Assembly: GCA_951406725.2 (NCBI GenBank)
Contig: OX597828.1
Coordinates: 63,984,001-64,048,000, forward strand
From: Octopus vulgaris
Lineage: Eukaryota
DNA: 64,000 nt
Direction: 5' to 3'
Shown: positions 26,863 to 40,699 of the stretch, one piece after another
How the letters are laid out: each line of letters starts with the position of its first letter
Position numbering within the stretch: position 1 is the stretch's first letter
Position numbers and translations under genes: made by a program
The notes under the pieces: model-generated
Seen by the model: the letters and a program-made list of their open reading frames with translations, nothing else
Database searches by the model: none
Told to the model about the DNA's origin: nothing

Positions 26863-27175
26863 TTTCAATAATTTGACTGCAGCCATGCTGGAGCACCGCG
26901 CTTAGTCGAACAAATCGACTCCAGGACTTATTCTTTGTTAGCCTAGTACTTATTCTATCGGGGACGTAAACACACCATCATCAATTGTCAAGCGATGTTG
27001 GAGAGACAAACACACACACACACACACACATATATATATGACGGGCTTCTTTCAGTTTCCGTCTACCAGATACACTCACAGATACACCCGAGGCTATAGA
27101 AGACACTTGCCCAAGGTGCCACGCAGTGGGACTGAACCCGGAACCGTGTGGTTCGTAAGCAAGCTACTTACCACA
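26863..27175 (-). mobile_element. SINE family A copy with internal deletions
   Basis: Reverse complement of 43324-43703: GACTGCAGCCATGCTGGAGCACCGC tail, GACACTTGCCCAAGGTGCCACGCAGTGGGACTGAACCCGG head. Confidence 0.9.
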
Positions 27176-27244
27176 TACATATATATGTGTGTATATATGC
27201 ATGTATAACTATATATATATATATATATATATATACATACAAAA

Positions 27245-27327
27245 ATGGTTCTTGAAAAGGTGAGAAAGTTGGCGGTGCCCCAGCAAGGCCACAGCCTTTG
27301 GGCTGAAACGCAAAAATGAATAAAGAA
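27245..27327 (+). mobile_element. Very short 3' end of a CR1-type LINE
   Basis: GGCGGTGCCCCAGCAAGGCCACAGCCTTTGGGCTGAAAC matches the 3' UTR of the 12383-14717 element. Confidence 0.75.
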
Positions 27328-29105
27328 TATATATCATCGTAATTATTATTTTTTTAAAGACAAATGCAACCAATAATGTGTGGTATTTATTGGAAATAAT
27401 TTCGTTAAAATTACTTAGGCTTTAGTCAGTGGCATTTTGTGGCAGAAACATTCCAGAGTCTCAGATTAGTGTCTCATTTCATAACTAGTGAGGTTATCAA
27501 AGCTGAAATTCCAATGCCAAAACACTTTATTGACCCAAGCCACTGAAAAGCTAACCACTAGATGTAGTTAAACTCCAAGTTGGGTCTGATTCGTGAAACT
27601 CACGATTAAAATGTTCCATCATTTAACACCTCACCCGATTGTTGTCTTTTGGAGCGAATGTGCCTAACGAGCGTTGGTCATGATTTCGATTTTCCTTCTG
27701 CGGAAGAGCGTTACGTCCTTGAGAGCAAGGCACTTCATTTTGATATTGTTCCAGTACATTCAGCTGACAATATGTTTCAGAAGCAGCTGTAAGTTAAGTT
27801 CTAAGAAGGACTGGCGTCTCGACCAGGAGGTGGAGGTCTTGTAATTTCAGTTCGGAAACTTTGGATAAAATCCGTCATAAAGAGACCGTAGGCTCAAAGA
27901 AGTTGAAGAATCGTCTTTTTGTCTATATTTCCAACCGTCTTTTGTATATATCCAACGCTTTATCAAATCTCTCTTTCTTCTTTGAAGTTTGGTAGGGAAG
28001 GAGTGAATGTGAGGGAAAAACCAACTGTTTTTTCTTGCACGACGATTGACGTAAGGGCTTCTCCCATTGGTTAATCTCAGTGTTTGCTGTCATGGCGACA
28101 GTTCGTAAAATCTCATCCAAACAAATATTTTACAAGCCTGTGCCTCTCATAATCATTTTTACTGTTTTATTTCTTCCAGTTATCGATCTGCCACCATACT
28201 ATTTATTGAGTTGTTTATTGTTGATTACTATTGTCTATTTGCTTTTTAACCTAAATTCTATTTCGTACCGCCTTGATGATCGTTTTTCTGCTTCCAGACA
28301 ATGAAAATATTATGACTACATTATGCGCTGTCAATACATTTTCTAGAATAAATGGGTTATTCAAAAAGATATCCTGAAAAACAATAAGAGAAGGTTTGAG
28401 AGGAAATTAGCAGCTATTTCTAGCAGGTGGCTCGACACTTTATGAGCTTCTGCATTGACTTATTTCATTTCAATTTGAATTCGTTTTTGGTCCATGGAAG
28501 CAACAGGTTGTTATTTAACGACAAATACAACCCAGACTTGATGACTATTTAAACAAAACTGCTTTGTCTGTTTAGAGCAGGGGTCGACAATGTGTTCAGT
28601 ATTAGCCACTGGAGATTCTTTCTGCTTCTCCAAGGAATCGAGGAACATGAAGCATTAAGACAATATCACGGCGGAACTATTATTGTTGTTTATCAATTTT
28701 TTACAGTCAACAATGACACCCCACACCGCAATCCAAGGAACTGTTGCTTTTAGATCAAGACATTTTTAGAATTAATTATTCTTAGGGTGTTCAGATAGTA
28801 TTTGTAATACGGGTCGACAATGAGACAAACATTAAGATAAGATTCCAAGGGAAATTATTTGTTTGTCAGAGAAGAAAATAAGGAGATGCAACTGGTTTTT
28901 ATGATACTATAAAGGTAAGTGAAGGTGGGAAAGACTTTAAGAGACATCTTCTAGATTGGTAGAATATAGTTGAAACCTAATGAAAAATGGATAATTTTAC
29001 AATTTTGAATGAATAAGTTTTATGTTGTTGGGAGAAGTAATAAAAAAACCAAATGAAATCAAGGGGAGAAATTAAATAAAACAACAGCTTTTTTTATTTC
29101 AGTAT

Positions 29106-29194
<89 letters not shown>

Positions 29195-29477
29195 TGTATG
29201 TACGCACGTATGTATGTACATATGTAATTATCTATATCTATATATGTATATATATTTGTGTATATATATGTATACATGTAAGAATGAATGAATGTATGTA
29301 CGTATGTATGTATATATGCATGTATAGGCGTGTGTGTATGTGATTTAATGTATGTATGTATGTATGTGCTTCGTCGCTGCCCACGAGAACGAGATATACC
29401 TCCAACAGGAAAACGGAACTGAATCCACTCCTTTAGAAGATAAGATTGTATATCTGGGATAACTGTGCTAATAAAAT

Positions 29478-29552
<75 letters not shown>

Positions 29553-30034
29553 CTATGTATGCATACATATATTTATATATACATACATATATACGCATAT
29601 TTATATACGTAGACAAACATTTGTATACGTACACATATACATATAGCAATTTAGTGCCATCAATCGAGGTGGATTTTGAGTTTCACAGCATTAATATCCG
29701 CCACTATACAAGACACTGACCACCGCCGCCCTCAGACACCACCACTGCCACTTTCATCACTTCTACAAACATCATCATCATAATACCCCCACCCCACGAG
29801 GTGAACACAATTCCATTGTTTTATTTATATACCCGCCAATCATACCAGCTTTTTTGCCAACTCATAAGCGATTAAAACGTGCGTGCACACACACACACAC
29901 ACACACACACGCATACACACGCATACACAAGTACGCACACTCTACTTCTGTTTGTGTATATATATATATATATATGTATGTATATATATAGATAGATATA
30001 GATATAGATATATATATACACACACATTGATATG

Positions 30035-30072
<38 letters not shown>

Positions 30073-30084
30073 TATATATATTTA

Positions 30085-30282
30085 GGGTGAGTTTACGAAA
30101 AAGACAAAAGACGAAGACAGGTGGTGTACAAAACAAACAGATGTATTAGTATAACGCTCAGGAATAGAAAAGTCTTTTACGTTTCGAGCCTACGCTCTTC
30201 TACAGAAAGGGACACAGAAAAAACAAGGAGAGAAAAAAAGGAGAGAAAAAATGTGTGTAGTGGCTAACGATCTATCATGGCG
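30085..30282 (-). mobile_element. Penelope-like fragment with a variant hammerhead (30174-30209)
   Basis: Minus strand reads CTTT-CTGTAGA-A-GAGC-GTAG-GCTC-GAAA-CG-TA-AAAG. Stems I and II are perfect, stem III is the minimal palindrome ACGT, and the core has A6→U. Confidence 0.6.
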
Positions 30283-31033
30283 TATAAACACATACTCATG
30301 ATACTTGTATGCATCTATGTATGATCATTCATTCATTTCTAGTTCCATTCGCGCATCCATTGTTTTGTTGAAAATTTTCCCAGTCATCGCAGATTTTAAT
30401 AGTAAAATAAAGAAATTTCACAACAAATACGATATTTCTCCGGTTCCCCACACACATGCATGCAAAAGCTATAGCCCCCCCATCCCCTGTAGGTCATTCT
30501 TCTTTGTTATCATAACAATAAATTATTTGGTTTGGATTTTTGTAAGAAGTTAACCAGATTCTCAGATTTGGAACAGCTTAGAAAAGCAGAGAAATATTGA
30601 CCAAATAGTACGTTACCATTCTTTTTTAACTAAGAAAGATTGTCGATTACACACACAATTACACACACACACGTAATGTGTGGTAGATATATGTAGATCT
30701 TGTTACACTAGATCTAATTTACCGAGGGGATAGCCACGGCCAGAATACATTTAGTCCAGCCGAGACTGAAACCGAGGACCCCCCCCGCCAACTACTACTA
30801 GTGTTTGAATCCTGTGCTTTGCCTGTTGATCCTTTGCTATGACTTAAATCATAGCTTGATCCTGTGTCTTATCTGTGTGAACAGATTCCAAACAAGTGCT
30901 GCCCTTTATATTAAGTTTGTATCAATGATTTCGAAATAAATTTCCAAATGAATCAATTTGAAATGATATTTGTTGCCATTTCTTCGTTAAGAACTTGTTT
31001 GGTTTTAGTATTTTTTTACATTTCTTTCTTTCA

Positions 31034-31078
<45 letters not shown>

Positions 31079-31283
31079 TCACACAGACGCACACGAAAAG
31101 GATTTTTAAAAAAGAAATCCATAAACTTTTGCAGACACGTAAAAATCTTCAATTAAACGACCAAATATTCATATATTAGGATTTAATAAAATGGTGAACA
31201 TCCTCAATACTGTGAGAAGAGAGAGAGAGAGAGAGGGAGAGAGAGAGAAACAGATAGACAGACAGGCTGATAGACAAGCAGGC

Positions 31284-31322
<39 letters not shown>

Positions 31323-31964
31323 TAGACAGTAATATATATATAATTCTTCACTGCATCCCGACCCGCAAAAGAGACCCCCAAATCACGAATCACAGCCAAG
31401 AATTAAAAGAGGCAAACAGATGATGTAAAAATGTTTTCTCTTAGAAGTATCCCCCTCACCACCACTGTCGCGCTGTCATTCCAATATTAGTTTCCTTCGA
31501 TGAATGTCTAAAACTGCTGCAATTTCGGAAAAGTAAGAATTGTTATTTTTCGGATTGTTCAGCCCTAGATCAGCCGTGACTTCACAGATCAAAGACGTTA
31601 CGGTCGTGACAATCCTGTCTTATTTTTGGGAGCCAGACAATCATATATCTAATACTACATTAACCAACACAGTTATCAACTGTCATCTTTTAAAGTTTGG
31701 TAATTCTTGGGCGATTTTGGTGTGATTTCTCCTGATTTTAAGGCGACAACATAAATGGCTGACTCACTTGTTGAAGAAAAGAAAATGTGTTTGTGAATGA
31801 AAACTTCTCTGTCAATTTTACCGATGATTTAAATCCATTTCGTCAAGATTATCGATGATTTAAACACAGATTACAAACATGTTTTGAGTTGCGGCTCTCT
31901 AACGAGATTCAATCCGGCTCAAACAGACGCGACACAACAAACGAAAGCGTTGTTTCTCACTCGC

Positions 31965-31991
31965 CACAAAATCCAGATACGCCATTTTCAT
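31965..31991 (-). CDS. Speculative alternative first coding mini-exon (MKMAYLDFV) for the filamin-like gene
   Basis: ATG AAA ATG GCG TAT CTG GAT TTT GTG followed by GCGAGTGAGA. A GC-type donor would be phase 0 and compatible with 2900; the GT donor 4 nt further on is phase 1. It lies in a non-repetitive island. Unverified. Confidence 0.15.
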
Positions 31992-33013
31992 TCTGCAACG
32001 TTTCTTCTCTTCTGTTTGGTTACTGCACTAGTTATTGTTGCATAACTCCTAAGTCGGTTTTAATTGAGTAGAGACAATGAATAAAGATTCTCCAGCCAAA
32101 ATTCGACCAATTTGATTCTTTTTGGATTGTAATCTTAGTAATTTTAAATACATGTGTCCAGAACGACAGCTTCAAATATTCCAACTTCTTGGCTTTCGTT
32201 TTTGCTTTTGTTTTAGACAGCAAGAAGAGATAACAAGTTTAAAAGTAGATTTAGAAGAAAATATTTGCGGAAACAAGTAGAGAATCCATTATTGACTTTG
32301 ATAGATTTCACAAACAATCACTAAAAATGAATCGTATTTATCATTAATGAAGGTAGAAAAGGGATGTTGTGAGTGAATGCCGTTCCACTTAGGATGAAGA
32401 GAAAAAAAAATATATACTTCATTTTTTTTTATATATAAGTAATAACGATTATACATATATACACATAAGCACACATACATACATATAAATATATGAGTAT
32501 ATATATAATTATATGAGTATGTATATATATATATATATAAATATAAATATATGAGAATATATATAATTATATATATATATATACACATACATATATGTAG
32601 CTATGTATATATTTTATATGATTAGTAATTAGCAATTTAAAAATGAAATGGTTTTGGTACTTACAGTTTTGTTTTAAATATGAAATAAAGTTTAAAACTA
32701 TTTTATGGAGATGGTGATAAATATGTTTTGTTGTTGTTGTTGCTGTAGTAGATGTTATTGTTGGCTAAGTAACCACTCTGCCAAGCTGGTCTGCTACGAT
32801 AGATACTTAGAACTAAAGTCTAAGATAATTCTTTGGCCGTCTTTGAAAATTGCTTCAAAATATTGAGAGCTAAAAATAGATCTTATTAACAGTTTCTCTT
32901 CCTCCAATAAGAATCCAGGAAATTATTATTGGGGCACTATCTCCGCAATTGGAAGTAAAAACACCCTTAATCATTTTCTCTACCTTCACACCCCAACCTT
33001 TTCACTTCTTTCT

Positions 33014-33050
<37 letters not shown>

Positions 33051-33425
33051 ACCCTCTTTCTCATTTTAATCTCCCACCCACTTTTACTTCATTATTTAAC
33101 ACTAGACATCATCTCTCCCTCTTCCTTTCTCTTTCTCTCTTTTGCTTTTTTTTTTAATTTGGTCTCATGTCTCTCTGTATGTATGTCTGTGCCATGTATA
33201 CGGGTGTGTTTGTAAGAGGGTGTCTGTATGTAGAAATGTGTTTTGCTTGTGCCTGTTTATACCTGTGTATGGGTGCTGGTCTCTGAGTGTATGTGTGTGT
33301 GTGTGTGTGTGTGCGAGTGTTTGCGTGTGTGGGGGTGTGACTGTGTTTGTGTGCATGTCTGCGAATAGGCGTGAATGTGTCTGAATGTGTGTGTATGTAT
33401 GTATCATGTATCTGTGCGTGAGAGA

Positions 33426-33464
<39 letters not shown>

Positions 33465-33785
33465 TGTACGTGTGTGAGGGAGTGTATGAATGTATCTATG
33501 TATGAATATATATGTGTTTTGTTAGTGGCTGCTTGTACCTGATTATGTGTGCTGGTCTGTAATAGGTGTGTGTGTGTGTGTGTTATTCAATATATGAGAG
33601 CAGGCCCGGAAGGAGGCGAGGAGGGGAGGATGAGGTGGGGCGTTCAGTTCTTAATTTTCATTTCGCTCTCCTTTATTAATAATTCCAAAGCTAATAAAAA
33701 GACCAATGAAATAGGGAGAGGGGGAGGTGTCAGTGTTTGGATATGCATGCGTTTCTGCACAGACACTTTCGCAAATGCACACACA

Positions 33786-33830
<45 letters not shown>

Positions 33831-33894
33831 GATAGATATATAATTACACATACAGAAGATACATGCATATAATATATTTACATATGTATGTATG

Positions 33895-33955
<61 letters not shown>

Positions 33956-34098
33956 ATAGAAAGATATATAAACATGTTCTCACATACTCTTTCACACACA
34001 TATGAAATGTACATGTTTAATATAAAATACACAGACGCATAAATAGCTATATGCATACACACATACGCGCATATATATATATATATATATATCCCCCC

Positions 34099-34164
<66 letters not shown>

Positions 34165-34230
34165 GTTATATACACACAAATGTGTGTGTGTGTATATGTT
34201 TATATAGATATATGTATACAAAGACAGACA

Positions 34231-34279
<49 letters not shown>

Positions 34280-34285
34280 GTAACC

Positions 34286-34475
34286 GTGTGTGAACTGTTG
34301 GCGATGTTTATCGTTTTCTCTCTTTGGAATTCCCTCTTTCCGACGCAGAGCTATGCTCGAAACGTTAACAGTAACTCTTTCCCTCCACCGACCGTCAAAT
34401 CAATGTTTCTTTTGCACGTCCTTACGATCGTTTTTTCTGTTTTTTTAACTGTTGGTTTGTTTGTTTGTTTAAATC
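34286..34475 (+). mobile_element. Penelope-like fragment with a degenerate hammerhead (34337-34368)
   Basis: TTT-CCGACGC-A-GAGC-TAT-GCTC-GAAA-CG-TT-AA, the same architecture as 30174-30209 and 48281-48315, with similar flanks. Confidence 0.55.
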
Positions 34476-35059
34476 GACTATATGTGTGTGTGTGTGTGAG
34501 TACACTCAATTATGCACACACACACGCAGACACACGCGCATAAACACACATACATACACATCACACACATATACACGCTCATACGCATCTGCACATCCAC
34601 ATGAATACAAGTGTATGCACTCACACACTATACACCCAGATGTTGTTTTATAATAAAGCTTAGCACCACAACATACACGTGTCTCTGTATGTATATCCAA
34701 ACGCACCCATCCCCCCCCCCCACGTTTATATATCTGTACATATACATAAGCATGTGTGTATGTGGTATAAATATGGTATGTTTACATGTATATGTGCATA
34801 TGTATAACTTGTATAAATGTGTGTGTTTGTCTTTCTCTCCTTCCCTCCTCTCTCTCTCTCTCTCTCTCTCTCTCGCTACATAAGTTTGTGCATAGTTTTT
34901 CTGTGAATGATGTGATGTCATGAATATGTTGAATGCACATAGATCTCTGCAACGAGGGACCCCAACACACGTCTCTGGAAACCTGTGGCTCCTATTGCAT
35001 AATGTTCATAGAGCATGCATATAATGGATGTCTTCACAACTAAAGTGTGAGTGTGTATG

Positions 35060-35102
<43 letters not shown>

Positions 35103-35233
35103 TTACACACTCACTCTAGTGAACGGAAACATCTAATTAAACTAAGCTAACAATTATATTTATAAAGTGTGTCTCTTAGTCTGGCTGTCTGTATATGCAG
35201 ATGCACGTGTATGTATGTGTGTGTGTATGTGTG

Positions 35234-35273
<40 letters not shown>

Positions 35274-35379
35274 TTATTTATTTATGTACACATAAATACA
35301 TATATTTCATAAACATGCATACATTCACACTATATTTAATATTATAGGCACACACACATACATACATACAAACATACAC

Positions 35380-35479
<100 letters not shown>

Positions 35480-35985
35480 GTAATGTGATAATATAATATA
35501 TAATTCATGCAAGCAATGATTCCCTGCTTTTAGAACAGAATGATCTACCAGCTACACACGCACACACACACACACACGCTCGCACACTGACATCCTCTCG
35601 CTCACATACACACACAGCTATGCTGCGCTGTGCTTCATATACCGACGCCGCCAAGTGCCGGAGAAGGAAGATACTTAAGTGCTGAGGCACTGGCTCTTGT
35701 AGTGTTCCCCTTCCTTGTGTTTGGAATGCTGGAATTTAAGGAAGTACCATTTTTCGAAAGACTAGAATCAGAACAATGTTGTTGATTTAATACACAACAA
35801 ACACAAGAAACGCCAAAGGAATAACAATCACAACAAAACAAACTAACAAAATAACACTACAAAAAAAAAAGGGGGGGTATCCAGATGTAAAATGAAATAC
35901 GTAAATTACACTTAGGCAATGTAATGCTTCGAACATCTTCAAAGAGAGATGTTGGTGATGATGGTGATGATGATAATGATGATGA

Positions 35986-36310
35986 CTTCTTTTATTTGCC
36001 AGAGGGGCGTTAGAAGGACAATTTGCTGTTCGTGTGGGGGGTTTGGTTAAAAGATAACTGGAAGAAAGGAAATGGGATGGGAGATAAGATAAAAGTATAG
36101 AAAATATATAAACAGATCTATGATGAAGTCCTCCTGATACAGAAGAACGTCCAGCTGGAGCAAATCAAGGAACCTCAATGATACAGGATCATCCTGACCA
36201 TCAAGGGTACGAGCCCCACGCCCAGTCGTAGTTCTCTAATCGAAATGCTTAGAGTTGGTTCGTTCACTCAAACTATTTTTGCTACAATCACCCGCGTTTT
36301 GATGAATTCA
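35986..36310 (-). mobile_element. 5'-truncated LINE 3' end (L1/Tx1-like) inserted in a (GAT)n microsatellite
   Basis: Minus strand: decayed ORF end EFIKTRVIVAKIV*VNEPTLSI, a pyrimidine-rich 3' UTR, then AATAAA (35996-35991) running into an (ATC)n tail. (GAT)n flanks both sides (35955-35985 and 36311-36333). The clade call is from recalled similarity. Confidence 0.5.
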
Positions 36311-37796
36311 ATGATGATGATGATGATGATGATGGTAAATGACGGAGATGAGAGCCAGAATTGACAAGGATATCTACACACATCGTTCTCTTTGTGTTTA
36401 AATGTCAGAACGACTCTGTACACATTCAGCTTATTTATTTATCTGTTTGATTGTTTGCTTGTTTATTTATCCCCATTTCCCCTTGAAGCCGGGAACTGGT
36501 TTCTTATGAAGAAGCAAAAGATCCACCATAACAGTTTGGATTACAACAGCAATAAATATTACGCATCGAACTTTAATAAAATCTTGCATATCTTTACTGT
36601 TCTACTTAGAGATCACATTTGTAAAGTTTATGTTGGCTGTTTATTTTCATGAAGATTCAAGGTTTTGCTGACTGTCGCTCAGATTTTGTATGTATGTATG
36701 TATGTATGTATGTATGTATGTATGTATGTATGTATGTATGTATGTATGTATGTATGTACGCATGTATGCATGTATGTATGTATGCATGTTTAATCCTCGG
36801 TCAGCCTTGATCAACCTCATTTCAATCATAGCCATTTGTTCTGTCCCTGAGTACAGAGAAGTTTAATGAAAAGGCATTATCCAGCGCCCCTTCCTCGCAT
36901 TGATGTTAGCATGTGATTTGAGTTGATATTTAGCTACTATTTCATGTAAATAATCTCTTGTCAACTCTTGAGCTATGATACCGTTGAAAAAAATTAGAAA
37001 AAAGAACTAAAGGGGTTTGCCATGTCTTCTGTGCCGAATTATGTTTACGAATTGGTTATTTTCATATTCCAAAGTTGGAAAGAAGATCCTGCAAATTATG
37101 AACTTCAAACGTTTCAAATTGGTTTAAACACAACTCAAAATTGCAGTTTTAAATCGGTTTTCCAGATTCTTAACTTCGTCCTGCATCCAACGATACAGCT
37201 CAGTTTAGACATAGTTATAAATTCAACTGCAAACCAAGCCTTCACTTGGTTTAAATGTAGAGGTTATACTAAAAGACGTTTTGCTTACTTTTTCTATTAG
37301 GCCGACCTTTCACGCAAAGACCACCATCTTCGGGTTATTTCTATTTAGGAATCTTATCTATCCTAGATAACCCACCATGTTTAATTCTTGCGATAAGACA
37401 TTGCGTGTCGGGCTAACAAGATTGCTTTCAAGTGGCCACACGGTTCGACCACGGGCCAGTTAGATATCGCTAACGATAATCTATCTCAACTAATGCATTC
37501 ACTGTCAGCTTAAAAAACAAAAAAACAAAATGAAGGACATGTTAGATAATATCAGTCGTCCATTAGATTAGAGAGAATATATGAAATAAAATATATAAAT
37601 TTTTTTTTAAATGGTATGGGGTGGACCATGTTTATTCTTGAGCTGTCGAGATCAGCGCCGAACTGAGATCAAGCAACAGCACAAGGATATAGCCGTAGCA
37701 GCTGCAATAACAATTATGTAATTTCGGATATCTACATGGGATTTTTTAAGCACTTTTTGTATGGAACCATAGTTTTGAGGAAATCATATTTATATA

Positions 37797-38047
37797 CACT
37801 GGTCCTCCGTCGATGGCGACGACGAGGAGCGTTTCAGTTGATCCGATCAACAGAACAGTCGGCTCATGAAATTAACTTGAAAGTGGATGAACACTCCACA
37901 GACATGTGTACCTTTACCGTAGATCTGAGGGAGATTCAGCGTGACACAGAATGCGACAAGGCTGGCCCCGTTTGAATTACAGGTACAACTCATTTTTGCC
38001 AGCTGATCGGGAACCGAATAACCATACCACCAAGCCACGCACCGCCT
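37797..38047 (-). mobile_element. SINE family C copy (internally deleted)
   Basis: Shares CAGACA(C/T)GTGTACC...CAGC(G/A)TGACACAGAATG(C/G)GACAAG...ACTCATTTTTGCCA(G/A)CTGA with 48381-48617. Minus-strand head GGCGGTGCGTGGCTTGGTGG is A-box-like. Confidence 0.8.
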
Positions 38048-38056
38048 TCATACCCT

Positions 38057-38153
<97 letters not shown>

Positions 38154-38171
38154 ATGCATACACACATACAC

Positions 38172-38495
38172 AATCCAAATAATAAGACAAAGAAATCCTT
38201 TAACACATCTTTAATGATTCGTTACAATTGCTTCCACACCGACCCTTCTTGCAACGACAATTTACGCAAAGATTCGAAGTGAAAATTTACGTAATATTTG
38301 CTGTTTTAGACATTGGTGTGGCACCGTTCACTGTCTGAGAATGTGCCACTCTAATGTTTAAAACCGCGAATATTAAGTACATTTTCACTGGGAACTTTTG
38401 CTAGAAGTGGCTTTGAAAGCAGATTTGGTACAGAAACAATTGTATCTGCTCATTAAAGATGAGTTAAAGCCTATCTTTGTTTTCCTATGTGGATT
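38172..38495. mobile_element. Imperfect palindrome of about 325 bp (fold-back / MITE-like)
   Basis: Outer arms CTTTAACACATCTTTAATGATTCGTTACAATTGCTTCCACACC (38198-38240) and the reverse complement of 38427-38469. Inner arms GCAAAGATTCGAAGTGAAAATTTACGTAATATTTGCTGTTTTAGACATTGGTGTGGCAC and the reverse complement GCAAAAGTTCCCAGTGAAAATGTACTTAATATTCGCGGTTTTAAACATTAGAGTGGCAC. Loop about 18 nt. Confidence 0.85.
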
Positions 38496-39189
38496 ATCTT
38501 TTACTCCTCGCTAAATCCACACCACGGTTTTGCCGCTGCGAAATCTGGATTTTCTGCACCTGAAGAATTTCGATATTAGTCTGGAATCCGACAGTGCAGA
38601 TAGCTTAAAGCTCAAGGTGAGTGCCGCATTGCCAATACCCTATCTTGCTACTCTCCAAGAACCTCATACATACATTCATACATACATATATATATATATA
38701 CATGTGTATGCATGCATGAGTGTGTGAGTGTGTTGCTATATCTACACAAGCAAACACACGCAAACATGCACATACACGCATATTTACGGGTGTGTGCAGC
38801 ACGTATCAGGAGGTAAAGACAAAAGAGTGTGTGTAAATAAGGCAGAAGTTATAAATATATCTCAATTGACAACATTGAAATTGAAAGTATTAAAGAGAAC
38901 GGATAGGCGGCGGCGGCGGTGGTGGCGATGGGGGTAGGTTAATAGCGAAATTCAATGAACAAACCACTCTCTCTTCTTCCGAAGTGCGTGTGTGTGTATA
39001 TACATATAAATGCATATATCGTTGTATGTATGTATATGTATTCATGTATATTTGTATATATGCATGTCATGTATATGTAAATATGTACACATATGGGAGG
39101 CCATGTATATATAAAGCCTGTTTGTTTTATGTAATTGTAAATACATAAGAGCTTTCGGTACCAGGCTGTAGTGGAAGTGTCTGTGTGTG

Positions 39190-39297
<108 letters not shown>

Positions 39298-40335
39298 GGA
39301 GAGAGAGAGTGAGATCATGTGTGTGTCAGTGTGTGTATGTATATTTGTGTATATATATATACACACATACAGATGTATCTAAATATATAGACATACACAT
39401 TTGTGTGTGTGTATCTATCTATTCATCTATCATCTCTCTCTATCTATCTATATATATATATATATATATATATATAGATAGATATTTGTGTGTGTGTGTG
39501 TGTGTGTGTGAGTCTATGTGTTTGTGTATACGAGTGTATTTTGTATTTGTGTGTTTGTGTGTGTGTAAAGAGAAAGACAGAAGCGAAGATGTCTCAGGTT
39601 CCAGTCTACCAATCCAGATGTTTTCTCTATTTAGTGATGTTAACTGAGTCAAAATATTAACGTTTCTTGAACCGGGCACCTGCTTTATTACTAACTCAGT
39701 AACTCTAAACACACAAAACATCTCTCTCTCTATCTATCAGGCTACCCACTATCTGTCTCTGTTTCTCCTTTTCTCTATCTTTCACACACACACACACTGA
39801 TATATGTATGTGTTTGTGTGTGTATATGTATATATATATATATATATACATATACGAATGCGTGTATATGTATACATATGTGTACACACACACACATGTA
39901 TATATACATACATATACAAAGCTGCGTTGTTAAACTGAATGATTTCCTCTGGCCTAAAGTTTTCGTACGGTTGCCGTAAGCCCAGTTTACTAATCGGTGA
40001 GTCTGATACAACACATGTACCGAGATACATAAGCACACACACACGCATTATAATATCTACCTGTTATATATATATATGTCTTTCTATCGTCTTTCCCAGT
40101 CTGTTGCAGAGTGTGTGTGCGCATCACATAATCGGTGCATTGCATGTGTTGTAGTGTGTATGAGTATGTCTCCTTTATACGTTGTGCTGTATGCGTAGGA
40201 TCATTTGTGTCATGTGTATATGTGTGTGTAACAGTTACCTTCTATGCGAATGCATGTGTGCGTCGTGTTCGATGCCCTGTTTATTATATTGTAGTGTGTC
40301 TGTGTCCGGTTGCCTGTTTGTGTGGTATATTTGTG

Positions 40336-40517
40336 TAAGTGGTATCACGTTATGTTCTGAGTTCAAATTCCGCCGAGGTCGACTTTGCCTTTCATCCTTT
40401 CGGGGTCGATAAATTAAGTACCAGTTATGCACTGGGCTCGATATAATCGACTTAATCCGTTTGTCTGCCCTTGTTTGTCCTCTCTGTGTTTAGCCCCTTG
40501 TGGGTAGTAAAGAAATA
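40336..40517 (+). mobile_element. 5'-truncated SINE family B with 12-bp target-site duplication
   Basis: GTTCTGAGTTCAAATTCCGCCGAGGTCGACTTTGCCTTTCATCCTTTCGGGGTCGATAAATTAAGTACCAG... flanked by GGTATATTTGTG at 40324-40335 and 40518-40529. Confidence 0.88.
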
Positions 40518-40699
40518 GGTATATTTGTGATACCCCATATCTTATTGTGTTTGATGTTGCGATGGATGTTCAACGTTTGTCATTGTCTGTCTGTTTCTCT
40601 CTCTCTCTTTTCCTCTCTGTCTATGTCAGCAAACTGTGTTTAATTGTATAAATCTCATCTATACACTCATGTCTCTTAGCTTCATTTTTATAATGCTGA

